This document shows, piece after piece, positions 1-13,691 of a stretch of 64,000 bases of DNA. Every line of letters begins with the position of its first letter. The first letter of the stretch is position 1. Origin of the DNA: Octopus sinensis (taxonomy: Eukaryota); contig NC_043022.1 in NCBI RefSeq assembly GCF_006345805.1, positions 2,356,001 through 2,420,000 on the forward strand. Reading direction: 5' to 3'. Below the pieces are notes generated by a model that was not told where the DNA came from, did not search any database, and saw nothing but the letters and a program-made list of their open reading frames with translations. A program made the translations under genes and the position numbers.

Positions 1-589
1 ACTTGACAACCAATGGTGGCATGTCTATGTCCCCATAACTTAGCATTTCAGCAAAAGAAACCAATAGAATAAGTACTGGGCTTACAAAGTTGTTCGACTA
101 AAGGCAGTGCTCCAGCATGACCGCTTTCAAAGGACTGAAACAAATGAAAGAGTAAAAGAATACTGAGTTTTTGTGGTGGATGTTTGTATAGATTGTATAG
201 ATTTATTTTATCTTTTGTTTCAGTCATTAGACTGTGGCCATGCTGGGGCACCATCTTCAAGAATTTTACTTAAACAAATTGACCCCGATACTTTTTATTT
301 TTTAAAGCCTGGTACTTATTCTATTGGTCTCTTTTGCTGAACCACTAAGTCACACGAACACTGGTTATCACACACACACACACACACACACACACAGCAG
401 GCTTCTTTCAGTTTCTGTCAACCAAATCGGCTCATAGAGCTTTGGTCGACGCTAACCTGTGGTAGAAGACACAACCTATTTATCACATGGTAGAACTGAA
501 CCCAGTACCATATGGTTAGGAAGCAAATATTTTACCACACAGCCATGCCTGCACCACTTTCTGTTTTGTTATTTATCAAAAGACAAGCA

Positions 590-600
590 AATAATGTAGT

Positions 601-649
<49 letters not shown>

Positions 650-1322
650 ATGTTATAATAATAATAATAATAATAATGAGCAGTAATAGTAATGGTAGTA
701 GTAGTAGTAATAATAATAATAACAATAACAATAATAATAATAATAATAATGAGCAGTAATAGTAATAGTAATGGTAGTAGTAGTAGTAATAATAACAATA
801 ATAATAATAATGAGCAGTAATAGTAATAGTAATGGTAGTAGTAGTAGTAATAATAACAATAATAATAATAATGAGCAGTAATAGTAATGGTAGTCGTAGT
901 AGTAGTAATAACAATAACAATAATAATAATAATGAGCAGTAATAGTAATGGTGGTAGTAGTAGTAGTAGTAGTAATGTTATAATAATAATAATAATAATA
1001 ATAATGAGCAGTAATAGTAATGGTAGTAGTAGTAGTAATAATAATAATAACAATAACAATAATAATAATAATAATAATGAGCAGTAATAGTAATGGTAGT
1101 AGTAGTAGTAATAATAACAATAATAATAATAATGAGCAGTAATAGTAATAGTAATGGTAGTAGTAGTAGTAATAATAACAATAATAATAATGAGCAGTAA
1201 TAGTAATGGTAGTCGTAGTAGTAGTAATAACAATAACAATAATAATGAGCAGTAATAGTAATGGTAGTCGTAGTAGTAGTAATAACAATAACAATAATAA
1301 TAATAATGAGCAGTGATAGTAA

Positions 1323-1354
<32 letters not shown>

Positions 1355-1390
1355 GTAATAATGATGATGATGATGATGATGATGATGATA
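590..1390. repeat. Compound trinucleotide satellite (AGT/AAT/AAC/GAT) with a ~55-65 bp higher-order unit
   Basis: Recurrent AATGAGCAGTAATAGTAATGGTAGTAGT unit separated by (AAT)n/(AAC)n runs; overlapping ORFs are homopolymeric artefacts. Confidence 0.95.
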
Positions 1391-2129
1391 GTGCTGTAGA
1401 AGCCATGCATAAATAATTTTGTACATACGTATGTATGTATTTATAATATGTATGGCTTTGGTTGCTATTTATAGCATCTCTGGTGTATTCGCCTGGTTTG
1501 AATAATTATCATAATATTAGCTTTTGAATAACATGGTCATGTGTCTGCGTATGTTTGTATGTGTGTGTGTATAATTAAGCATCTGCTTAATTGTACAAAC
1601 TGATTTTAGCTACAAAACTCGAATGTAACGTGCAGCTTCAAATAGTTGCAGTTTTGCAATAATATTTGTTATCCAGTGTTATTATAATGATAATTCTTTC
1701 TACTATAGGCACAAGGCCTGAAATTTTGGGGGAGGGGGCTAATCGATTACATCGACCCCAGTGTTTCACTGGTACTTAATTTATTGACCCCGATGGGATG
1801 AAAGGCAAAGTCAACCTTGGCGGTATTTGAACTCGGAATATAACAATGAGTGAAACACTGCTAAGCATTTCGTCCAGCATGCTAACAATTCTGCCAGTTT
1901 GCCATCTTAATAATAATAATAATAATAATAATGATAATAATAATAGTAGTAGTAAGGTAGTGTGCTTGTATATTCATGTTTTTGTCTGTTAGTTTCAAAT
2001 CTAATAAAACTCTAGACCATTGTTTCTTAATCTTTTTACCCTTGCGTAACCCCTAAAAAAATTGTCTAAAGGAACACCTGCATAAAAAAAAATTATATGC
2101 CATATCTTTCTCATCAGTTCACTTAGTAA

Positions 2130-2169
<40 letters not shown>

Positions 2170-2220
2170 GTTTGTTTTCCACCTGCCTTCGTCTTTTGTT
2201 TATTTTCATAAAGCTTCCCG

Positions 2221-2267
<47 letters not shown>

Positions 2268-3834
2268 TTTATCAAAAGCAAAACGGGATGCAAAGGATTT
2301 TGCGGTACATATGTTTCTGGCTTTATCGAACAATTTATATCAATGCATAATTGATGTAACATGTAGGTCAACAGCCTTCTTCAGCCGCGTACAATTGCCA
2401 CATATATATATACACATATATATATGCATACACGGTTGTTATATTTTTTGATAACATAAAAGGTTAGATAGGATGATGTCTATATTACAATAACCAATAA
2501 TATGTTGTGCAGGTACAGTAATATTACAATCATGAAATTAGCATTAGCTTATCTCACTCTTTCTCATGGAATCCCTAGGAACCTCTTGCAGAGCCCTAGG
2601 ATTCCAAGAATTTGAGAAACACTGTTCTAAAGAGATAGGGATTGAAAAGGAAGGGCTGAAGTGTGAGGGAGTGAAAGTGAGAGATAGTGTGGGAAGAGAG
2701 AGTAAGATGGATGGAGAATGGGTGCTAGAAGTGGGAACCAGAGAAAGAACAACAACCATAGTAATGGTAATATTTTAGACTGTGGCCATGCTGGGGTACT
2801 GCTTTGAAGAATTTTAGTCAAGCAAATCAACTCCAGTACTCTTTTTTTCCCATCTTTAAGCCTGGTACTTATTTTATTGGTCCGTTTTGCCAAATCACTA
2901 AGTTACAGTGATGTAAACACACCAACACTGGTCGTCAAGCAGGGGGGGGCATACTCTCTCACACACACAATGGGCTTCTTTCAGTTTCCATCTGTTAAAT
3001 CCACTTACAAAGTTTTGGTCAACCCGAGGATATAGTATGAGACACTTGCCCAATATTCCATGCAGTGAACTGAACCCAGAACCATGTATTTGGGAAGCAA
3101 GCTTCTTACCACACAGCTATGCCTGCACCTATATTTTTCTTCTTCTTTTTCAGTAGCATCTTGTGTTTCATAATTTAGTCAAAACTAAATTCTCCGCTTG
3201 AAGATAAAGTTACAAGGTCCTCCTTTGAAGTATCCAACCATGGATATTCCATTGAATTTCAAAAACAACAATTCCTTCATATCCACATTTTTATCGTATT
3301 ACAAAGAGAGAAAATCTTGTGTTTCATAATATAGCACACGTAATTAATGATAGGTATGGTATGACCGAATGGGTAAGAAGTTCAATTTGCAACCATCAGC
3401 AGAGAAACTTACCTGTGTGGAGTCCAGGGACACGTAAGGCCACGATGGCAACTGGCACAAACCGGTAGCAACCAATCAGGCTTCTGTATTTATTTAGTTT
3501 CCTCTCTTCTGCATTACAGTTGGCAATACTTAAGTGTGTGAATGAAATTAGGTGAAAGGAAACTGTAGAAAAGCCCGGTGGTTGGATTGTATCTGTAATT
3601 CATGTTGAGACTTCCTGAGAGCAATGTGAAGGATGTGCACGTCTCTGGAATACTCAGGCAATGCAATTAAACAACTGAGCCCTCATCATCAGATAGTGGA
3701 GATCCATTATCCTCAGTATACAGTGATATATTTGTATTTCACATTACAATACAGATTGCAGTATTTCTTAAAACAATACTGCAGCATTTCAGAGCTTTAT
3801 TTACGACATTTCATGATTTGATAGAATTTTTGCT

Positions 3835-4005
3835 TGGAGTGGCTGTGTGGTAAGTAGCTTGCTAACCAACCACATGGTTCCGGGTTCAGTCCCACTGCGT
3901 GGCATCTTGGGCAAGTGTCTTCTGCTATAGCCCCGGGCCGACCAATGCCTTGTGAGTGGATTTGGTAGACAGAAACTGAAAGAAGCCTGTCGTATATATG
4001 TATAT

Positions 4006-4062
<57 letters not shown>

Positions 4063-4265
4063 TGTGTGTCTGTGTTTGTCCCCCTAGCATTGCTTGACAA
4101 CCGATGCTGGTGTGTTTATGTCCCCGTCACTTAGCGGTTCGGCCAAAGAGACCGATAGAATAAGTACTGGACTTACAAAGAATAAGTCCCGGGGTCGATT
4201 TGCTCGACTAAAGGCGGTCCTCCAGCATGGCCGCAGTCAAATGACTGAAACAAAGTAAAAGAGTA
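3835..4265 (+). mobile_element. tRNA-derived SINE, family A (most abundant in window)
   Basis: Head GGAGTGGCTGTGTGGTAAG...GGTTCAGTCCC (A/B-box-like), internal (TA)n(TG)n, tail ...ATGACTGAAACAAAGTAAAAGAG; near-identical to 18783-19192, 28705-29052 and 35298-35699. Confidence 0.9.
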
Positions 4266-4991
4266 GTATCTGTATATGTCTCCAATATTCAAGTGGCCAA
4301 AAAAAAGTTCCAACAGAAGGGCACCCAGGAGTCACAACCCAGATGCACCCCCAACCCTGTTCAGCTCACTTGAGAGTTCTTATTAACCATCTATCAACAT
4401 TTTACTGTTTAACAGGAAGCAGTTTACATCTACAGTGACCGTATTTCGCAATATGATATGGATTTTAGTTTACAGAAATATTTACAACATAATTATAAAA
4501 TAAGTTAACATTGAATGTCTACAGCATTCTTCTAAACATGATACTGGTTACAGAATACTGCAAATCAGCCTCATACAATGTCTTGAGATGTGGGCACTAA
4601 ATGTGCATTTAATATAAAAGTTCTCTAAGAACATGTCTTTATGTGTCCTTGGATATTCTGTATTATTAATTAGCAGCTTTATGATTTTACTGTTCTTAGT
4701 TCTACTTAAGGCTGACATACATTTCATTGTTATCACCATCATCGTTGTCATCAACCTTTAGATGTTTGTCTTTCATCCTTTTGGAGTCAGTAAATACCAG
4801 TTGAGCACTGGAGTCAGTGTAATCGACTTAACTACTCCTGGACTCATAGGACTGGTTATTCACATTCTGTGGCATATATAAGAGTTATCACAAGAATTCC
4901 TTATTATTCTTGTGTTGGTACTTAACATGCTATTTGTTAAAGGTCTGTCCATAAGATGCATTCTTCCAGAAGGTTTATTGTTCACCATTAA

Positions 4992-5200
4992 CCCTTTTGT
5001 TACCATATTTCTGTTGAGAGGCTCTGTGTTTCTTCCGATTCATTTTAAATTGAGTAAAAATACCTTAATTATCATTAAGCTAGTGTTAGGGACATAAATT
5101 GTGACTAAGGTTTGGTGGAAGATTTTAATTCAGAACTTTTGGAAACAAGACATTTGTACTACACAGCCAGAGGATTTCGGCCGGGTTGATATCAAAAGGG
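4992..5200. mobile_element. piggyBac-type MITE, family B
   Basis: Ends CCCTTT...AAAGGG, flanked by TTAA on both sides; related copies at 6498-6718, ~40365-40600, ~40690-40920 and ~42365-42800. Confidence 0.85.
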
Positions 5201-6497
5201 TTAATGTTTTCAATGAGGGATGAGCTGACGGAACCTTTAACATATCAGGCGAAATGCTTAGCAGTATATCGTTCGCCTTTACATTCTGAGTTGAAATTTT
5301 ACCAAGGTTGACTTTGCCTTTCATCCTTTTGGAGTCTGTAAGTTGAGCACTAGGGTCAATGTAATCAGCTTAACTGCTCCTGGACTCATAGGACTGATTA
5401 TTGACTTTCTGTGGTGTATATAAGTGAGAGAGGTCAGAACATTCCCCTTTGGTGGCAGGGGTGCCAATCCATTGCAGGGTTATTTATTTACATCTGAGTG
5501 GACTGAAGGAATGTGAATTGAAGTGTTTTGCTCAAGAACACAATACACCACTCAGTCCAGGAATTGAAACCACAGTCTTGCAGTCACGAGCGCAACACCC
5601 TAACCTCTAGGCCATGCACCTTCACTACTCACATCTGGCCATGGCTAAATACACACTTTTGCAGTTAAATTTCAACTGTGTCAGGTGATTGACCTTGAGA
5701 TTTATCAGGGGCCATGGCAAATATGTTGAGGAGATAGTGAGGGACTGTCTCTTTTCAAAAGTAAAAGCTGGTGTTGTATCACTGTTGCATTCATTCTTGG
5801 TATTGGTATTAATAGATTATCTCCTCTGCAGCTGCCAGAGATAATGTCTGCCAGTGATGCAGTGGATTGCTTAAACTTTGTCTGATAAGTCTAATGTCAG
5901 TTTAACAGGTATTTCCTGACTTAGAGGTTACACACTAGCATTATAATGAAGCTAAACAACTATTTATCTTTAGATCAAGGAGAGATAATCCTAAAAGAGT
6001 AAGTTGGTAAAAAAAAACCCAAAAAAACTCTGCAGAATAATCTTCAGTTTGCCCGTCAGCTTCAGTTGCAATGCTTGCCATGTACTCTTACATTCTGTAA
6101 TTTCACCTAGAAAGATATTTGAAACTCTTAAGTACAAAACATCTTTGTTTCAGGGTGTTGGGATTATTTTCGTGCAAACATATTAAATTGATGTTGCTTG
6201 TCAGAGTTAGCATCCCTCATATTGTTTCCATCATATTCTTATTTGATGTTCCTTTCTTTCCTTTGTAAACTGTCATCTTTACTTAAAGTCTTCCATATCT
6301 TGTCGGCAGCAACCAATAATTTATATACCCTTTGTTGGTGGAAACCCTAAGAGTCTTCACATATCTTCATAAATGTGATTGTTTCATGCGAGTCCCTATT
6401 ATTATTGTGTTGGGAGTCTCTTTGTACTCAACATGTTATTCGATAAAAATTTCTCCATAAGATGCATCCTTCCAAAAGGTTTATTGTTCACCTTTAA

Positions 6498-6718
6498 CCC
6501 TTTCGTTACCAACCCGGCCAAAACCAGCTCTGGCTCTGTAGTACAAATGTCTTGTTTTCATAAGTTTTGCATCAAAATATACCACCAAACCTTAGTCGCA
6601 ATTTATATTCCTAATACTAGCTTAATGATAATGAAGTTATTTTACTAAATTCTTTGTTATATTTAAAATAATTGAAAGAAACACAGAGCATATAAAAATA
6701 AATACAGTAACGAAAGGG
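6498..6718. mobile_element. piggyBac-type MITE, family B (opposite orientation to the 4992 copy)
   Basis: TTAA-CCCTTTCGTTAC...GTAACGAAAGGG-TTAA terminal inverted repeats. Confidence 0.85.
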
Positions 6719-7464
6719 TTAATGTGTTCAATAAGCAGTGAGCTGGCAGAATCTTTAACATAGGCAGTTTTCTATCTGCCTTTACATTCTGAATTCAAAT
6801 GTTACTGAGGTTGACTTTGCCTTTTGTCCTTTCAGAGCCAGTAGTACCAGTCGAGCACTGGTGTCAATTTATTCGATTTAACTACTCCTGGGTACAAGTA
6901 TAAAAAAACCCCGCATCCCTCTACCAAGCCATGTTGAGCCATCGTGGCAGACAGTCAGATCATCAAACCAGTATGTTTTCAAGTTCAAATTCATGGCCTC
7001 TACACTGGACAGTGGTTGGTGGTGAGAACATGCTAAGACCTTTGTCCTGCAGTGGACTGAACATAGGCAGTCCAATCCAATCCAATCTAATGTTATCAAT
7101 AGTATTTTTATTATACTTAATGCATTAATGGGGCCCACTGTCAACTGACCAACCATCTTTTAGTAAACTAACAGCAAGGCCAGTTGTTGCATAGAACAAC
7201 ACCCTCTTACCATCATATATATATGATCGCCATGTTGATTCGCTAGCCTCTGCACGCATTTTTTTTCTCTCCTTCTTTCTGTGTTTCTTCTCTGTGTATC
7301 TTTCTGTTGAAGAGCGTAGGCTCGAAATCTAAAAGACTTGTTTTATTTATATTTCCTGAGCGCCATACTAATACAATTGTTTGTTTGTATTCCACCTGCC
7401 TTCGTCTTTTGTTTATTTCCGTAAACCTGCCTTCGTCTTTTGTCTATTTTCATAAAGCTTCCCG

Positions 7465-7499
<35 letters not shown>

Positions 7500-7505
<6 letters not shown>

Positions 7506-7677
7506 GGCCCAAAAGTAGGTCTACAGTTATTCAACTATCTCTTTCGCATATATTAACAGTTTAGATCTTAATTATAAAAAATTATGAAACCATTATTCTA
7601 TGCTAATTTAGCTAATCATAAGATAGGAATTTAAAGTGCTTATGTGATAACTGTAAACCTACTTTTGGGCAACCCTG
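7500..7677. mobile_element. Tc1/mariner-like MITE
   Basis: ~30-bp TIRs AGGGTGGCCCAAAAGTAGGTCTACAGTTA / TAACTGTAAACCTACTTTTGGGCAACCCT, next to (TA)n. Confidence 0.7.
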
Positions 7678-9891
7678 CACTCTGTGCTGTACAAGTTTTT
7701 TTTTTGACCTGACCCTTCAGGCCCATCAAGGAACTTGATGTCACCATTGAAAATTAGTGTACATCAAAGTAATCCTAAGCTTTGATAGTGTAGATTGTGA
7801 ATAACCAGTTTGTTAAATATAATTGTTATGCCGTGGAGACTGTTGTGAGTTTCTTTGGATGTTCTGTTCTCTGCTAAAGAATCTTAATGAAAGATCATCT
7901 CAGACTAATGGAATTGTAACAGAGGATCACTCAGTCTATCTAAGGTATATATAATGGTAAGCAGTTGGGGAGGCATCCTGACTTCTACTGCTTTTGGTGA
8001 AACTCAATACCGTTTCTTGAGCAAATTTTTGTATTTAGCCACTACTTTGTGAGTTTGGTGAATTACACTATCATGAGTGTGAATGCCTTCAAAACTTGTG
8101 GCCCCCCCTTTTTTACATTCACTAATAATAATAATCTGAAGAGAAACCTGTGAGTTTCCTTTGCATATGCTGCATATATCCAGGGGTTACATTATCTCTT
8201 CCATGTAATCTTTGTTTCCATAATGTTCTTTTATCAAAGACAATGGTTGGGAAATTTCAGAGTAGACACTGGTTGTTTTGTCGGTGAATTTTTTTCTACA
8301 AAGGAAAAAGTTTCTTTTTGGGGGGCATTTTGAAATATTTTCTTTTCTTGAAAGTAAACTGGCTGTTGAAGTTCAAGCTGTACTCTAAGATGAATCACAA
8401 TATGGGATTGATCTATCCTGGATTTTGTGGTTCAGCAACTTCCAAGTCACATTATGACATGGAATTTACATCTGCTCGCAGTCATATCCTTTATGTGTGT
8501 AAGTTGAAGATATATTTTCTAAAGGCTTAACAACTTGAAAGTACCATTTTTTAACGTGTATAAGGAACCCATTTTTGTCAAAAATTAGATTTTAAAAATA
8601 TGGGAGTTTCTTATACATGGATAGTATTATAATCCCCCCCCCCAAAAAAAAATTTTTTTAAGCCCATAACACCATAGTGAGAGAGAAGGTAGAGCATCCC
8701 TCTAAATTAGTTGTGGTGTCTTTCAGAAATTCTTTGATGCAATACTGTTCTCTGTGAATCCAAAAATTTTTTTTACAATATCATTAAGGGCTGGTTATGT
8801 TATTGGGTTTAGATGCTCGGTGAATACAATTTTATGTGTTTCTATGGCATTATTGGAATTTTCTCTCTTTGTAATATTATGAAAATGTGAATATGAAGGA
8901 ATTGTTGTTTTTGAAATTCAATGGAATATCCATGGTTGGATACTTCAAAGGAGGACATTGTAACTTTGTTTGTAAGAGAATTTAGTTTGACTACTTGAGC
9001 TACCAAATCAGGGGTTATCTGTGACGCTTTGCCCTGGGGAAAGGATTATATGCTATTATAAGAATATAAGGCTTGCCATATTTTGATACCTTTGCCATTG
9101 CGCATGGTGACACTTTTTCCTGTTTAGGTGATCACTGAAAATATATCAGGAAAAAAAGGGACAGAGAGAGAGAAGGAAATATTACCACACACCCCACTTT
9201 TACTCCCTATCTGTAATATTTGCAAGGTGATAAGTAAATCCTTTGTAATTTTCTACCTTCAGGCATGGCTGTGTGGTAAGCTGCTTGTTTTCCAACAACA
9301 TGGTTCTGAGTTCAATCCCACATCATGGCACCTTGGGCAAGTGTCTTCTATAATCCTGGGCTGACCAGGGCTACAGTAGAAGACACTAGAGTGGATTTGA
9401 TAGAAACTGAAAGAAGCCCATTGCTTGTGCATGCGTGTGTGTGTGTGGGGGGGATGTTGACATTGAGTGATTGTTGTAAATGAGTGTCACCATCATACAA
9501 GCAACGTCATTAATTTCCACTATTCTAAGAGAACATACCTGGTCATGGGGAAATATTCGCTGCTTACTTCAAAACAAATGGAGGTTGGTGACAGGGAGGC
9601 ACCCAACCATAGAAAATCTGTCTCGGTAAACACTATCTGACCCATGCGACCATGGAAAACCAGATATTAAATAATGATGGTGGTGATGATGAATTTCCTC
9701 TGGTGTTGTCTAACAATTTATTATCTTCTGTCTACAAGTAACTGTCCACTATCTATAGTCAGACAGCTATAGTTGAAATAATTTACCATCACTCTGTAAT
9801 AATATAAAAATTCATCTCTTAACCATAATTTTGCAAAAAAAAATTTTTTCTTAGTCGTAATGTAGCCTAATTTTGACCATTTTATCTCTTA

Positions 9892-10401
9892 CTAGCAGTA
9901 TCGCCCGGCGTTGCTCGGGTTTGTAAGGGAAATGACTATATAAGCATTTTTAGAGAGTTACTTCCCTTATAGATGCCAATTCGGGCTTTCTTAGCCATTT
10001 CTGTTATGGTGTCTTCAAGCCATGAAGTCGTTCTAAAAGAACGCTGGTCTCCTTGACAACGCTTTACGACGTTGATTTCCTTACACTCTCTTCCCCACAG
10101 CTTCACGAGGGAGGGAAGAAGGGGGAGAAGCAAACAGGTGCAGGTGTGACCGTGGACACCAACTCCGCCGCCATCGACACACGAAAAATTATGCATTAAA
10201 ATGGAATAAAAAATGATGTTAAATTATTTTTAAAATCGTAGACTCATCGTAGACGCACGCTAATAGCCAGACGGGCTCGATATGAATCACGACTATAAGA
10301 TACCCGAATTTGGTTAAACTGCACCGCAAAATGTGGGAGTAGTTAGGAATCTAAATCGAAGGGGACAGACACTCACACAACTACAGTTTTATATATATAG
10401 A
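9892..10401 (-). mobile_element. Non-autonomous Helitron-like element
   Basis: Minus strand begins TCTATATATAT and ends with hairpin CCCGAGCAACGCCGGG followed by CTAG; inserted between A and T, no TSD. Confidence 0.8.
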
Positions 10402-10974
10402 TTTTTCCTATCAACAACTGTCAGCTTAGGTCATTGGCCTGGTTCGCCATATCAATATAAAATAATGGGTCATGGGGGGAGGAGGAGGGGGGGGTCAAGA
10501 TTTTAGACTTATAATATTAAGATTAATACGTTGTTTATCTGAATTTCTTGAATAAACACGGAAGTTTCTGTCAAGCAGTGACATTTCCTTTGCTTTTCTG
10601 ACCGGTCATTGCCACTTCATCTCCTGTCAGTGTATTACAGTCTCTTCAATCAACAGACCAACCCATTCTAGTCTTCTCCTATGTATTTCTCCCCTATTTC
10701 TCCTCTGTTTTTCTTCCTCTAAATATGCATTTAGTTACTTGGGTTTTGTACATTTCTGCTGAGCTTCCATCTCCCCGCTTCCCAAGGAAGTGTTTCATCA
10801 TCAGGGTGCAAGCCGTTCCCCTAAAATTTTCCATGTTGCACATACCTCATAATTCATGCCATGACATCAACACCATTCTAAGATTGCCTCTACAAATCCA
10901 TGCCCCTGTGCGCGCACACAAACACACACACTATGCAATACAGCCACAATGTTTCTCTACATCTAATCATCATT

Positions 10975-11292
10975 CATCATCATCATTTAACGTCCGTACT
11001 CCATGCTAGCATTGGTTGGACGGTTCGACCGGCGATCTGGGAAGCCAGAAGGCTGCACCAGGCTCCATCCAGTCTGATCTGGCAGTGTTTCTACAGCTGG
11101 ATGCCCTTCCTAACACCAACCAGTCCGAGAGTGTAGTGGGTGCTTTATACGTGCCACTGGCACAGGTGCCAGGCGAGGCTGGCAACGGCCATGATCGGAT
11201 TGCTGCTTTTTACGTGCCACTGGCACGGAAGCCAGTCAAGGCGGCGCTGGCATCGGCCACGTTCGGATGGTGCTTTTTACGTGCCACCAGCA
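10975..11292 (-). mobile_element. Family C repeat: RTE-type LINE 3' UTR fragment or its SINE derivative, with (GAT)n tail
   Basis: Shared block TTAGGAAGGGCATCCAGCTGTAGAAAC...GGACGTTAAATGATGATG and internal GGCACGTAAAAAGCACC repeats; many other copies (e.g. 24400-24655, 25150-25515, 27660-27980, 39000-39310, 48750-49300, 63872-64000). Confidence 0.8.
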
Positions 11293-11891
11293 CACTGATT
11301 TCAAATTTTGGCAGAAGGCCAGCAATTTCAGGAAGGGGGCAAGTCAATTGCATCGATCCCAGTACTCAACTGGTACTTATTTTTATTGACCCCCGAAAGG
11401 ATGAAAGGCAAAGTTGACCTCAACAGAATTTGAACTCAGATCCTGACGACATACAAAACGCTGCTGAGCATTTTGCTTGCCATGTTAATGATTCTGCCAG
11501 CTTGCTGACTTTCTCAACATGTAGTACTGCTTTAAGTTCCATGGCCTCTCTGTATGTCCTATATTTAAAGAAAACAACCACCTCTGTCCATGTATTTATG
11601 TCCATTCTTTTAACTGTTTCTCATGTTTCAGTCATTGGACTGCAACCATGATGGGTCAAGTCCTTTAAATCTGTTCAGACTCTACAAGTCACAGTAGAGG
11701 CAACCAGTCTAGGTGTGAGGTAACTTTGAATGAAAACTGTCACCACTATATGGTGGGGGCACTTCAGTCCTGGAAGACACTTGCTCCCCTTAGTGCTGGT
11801 GGATCAACAAAATTCACCAAGTCCATGTTGTGAATAGGGATTAGAATGGCATCCTATCTGTGAAACAATGCCAAAATCCTGAAATATTTCG

Positions 11892-11938
<47 letters not shown>

Positions 11939-12617
11939 GTGTTGAATTGGCCAAGTTGATAGAGTGTCAGATGCAACATTGTGCAGCCATGGCTGTGTGG
12001 TAAGAAGCTTACCAAATGGTTCCGGGTTCAGTCCCATTGCATGGCACCTTGGGCAAGTGTCTTCTACCATAGCTTTGGGCCAACCAAAGCTTTCTGATTA
12101 TATTTGGTAGACAAGCTGAATGGTACCTGTCATGTGTATATACATACACACACACACACACGCATGCATACACGTGTATGTTTAGATCTGTCTTTGGATC
12201 TGCTTGACAACCAGTGTTGGTGTGTTTATATCCTTGTAATTTAGCAGTTCAGCAAAAAGACTGATAGAATAAGTACCAGGCTTTAAAAACCACACTGGGC
12301 ATCAATTCAGTTGACTAAAAATTTTTTAAGGCAGTGCCCCAGCATGGCCACGGTTTAATGACTGAAACAAGCAAAAGATACAATGCTCTCCATACTCAGT
12401 TCAAATCCTACTATAGTTAGTTTCACCTTACATTTTCTTCGGGTGGTGGTGGGAGGAAAAATGTCCCAGTCTAGTAGATTGGAAGATGAGATACCTTGTA
12501 GTGTTTGTCTTGACTCTTGACATTCCCTATTCAAATCCCTCCTCCTGTCATTGAAAAAACGCACATCTGCAGTTACAAGGATGTTGCTTTATGTACATTT
12601 TTGTGTATTTACATCCA

Positions 12618-12990
12618 TCTCTCTCTATATAAACGGCAGTTTGTCTGTGTGTGTTTCTGTGTGTCTGTCAGGTTGTACCCTCACCCTGACCATGGCTTTC
12701 AACCGATTCTGATGAAACTTGACACACCCATAGCCCAATGTCATAATTCAAAACTAACGCAGCGAAAATTTTGAAAAGTTCCCCCAGTTCTGAAAAAAAT
12801 CGATAAATTCGACATGGGGTCGAGAATCAGAAACACAAACCACAGACTGTCTAGGGGACGCAACTCGACCTTTTTATCTCTCAAAAAAATTTACCATCAT
12901 TTTTTTCCCATTTTTTGGCTATTTTTTAGCTATAACTCTCTAAAAATGCTTTATAGTTATTTCCCTTGCAACGCCGGGCGATACTGCTAG
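12618..12990 (+). mobile_element. Non-autonomous Helitron-like element
   Basis: 5' TC...TATATAAACGGCAG; 3' GCAACGCCGGGCGATACTGCTAG. Confidence 0.75.
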
Positions 12991-13190
12991 CCCATGTATA
13001 AATGCTATGTGTGTGTGTGTGTGTGTGTGTAGACTACAAGTCTTTTATTCAAAATACATAAAAAATGTTCATATTTTGGTCCCTTCAAGAACTTGGCATG
13101 ATTGTATTTTGTTGTCTCCCAGGAGCATCATTATACCAATATCTACACATGTTGTGATTCTATTTCACTGTTATCATTATTATTATTAGT

Positions 13191-13455
13191 TGACATTTAA
13201 CCACTTAACTAATCGGTTGTTTAATTGTTTGATTGACCAATTTGTCATCTAGGTTTGTCATAGTCCTCTCTCTGCTTCAGAGAGTAGAGAGCGCAAGCAT
13301 GTCGTTGATGAGAGGGCAAGCATGTCGTTGATGAGAGGGCAAGCATGTCGTTGATGAGGTCACAAATGGGGGCGAAAAAACTGTTGTACAAGCCTAGCTG
13401 GTTGATTGACCAAATGATTAATCAAATAACCAATTAATTAACTGGTTAAATGTGA
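13191..13455. mobile_element. MITE-like inverted-repeat element with internal 23-bp tandem repeat
   Basis: ACATTTAACCACTTAACTAATCGGTT ... AACCAATTAATTAACTGGTTAAATGT imperfect inverted ends; GCAAGCATGTCGTTGATGAG three times at ~13293-13358. Confidence 0.55.
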
Positions 13456-13691
13456 AGTAATTGATTAATAATGATAAAAGAAGGCGTGGCTGTGTGGTAA
13501 GAAGCTTGCTTTCCAGCCACATGATTCCGGGTTCAGTCCCACTGCATGGCACCTTGGGCAAGTGCCTTTATATATTTATATATATATATAAAGTTAATCC
13601 AAGCATGAAAACAAAGAGAAAACACAACAACGCAAGGACGTGGAACAAATAAAGTATTATTGGATGCTCAGGAAGGAAGGGAAGAAGGAGG

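Noticed and set aside
532-1426. Long ORFs of 114-292 aa
   Set aside because: Homopolymeric translations of a trinucleotide satellite
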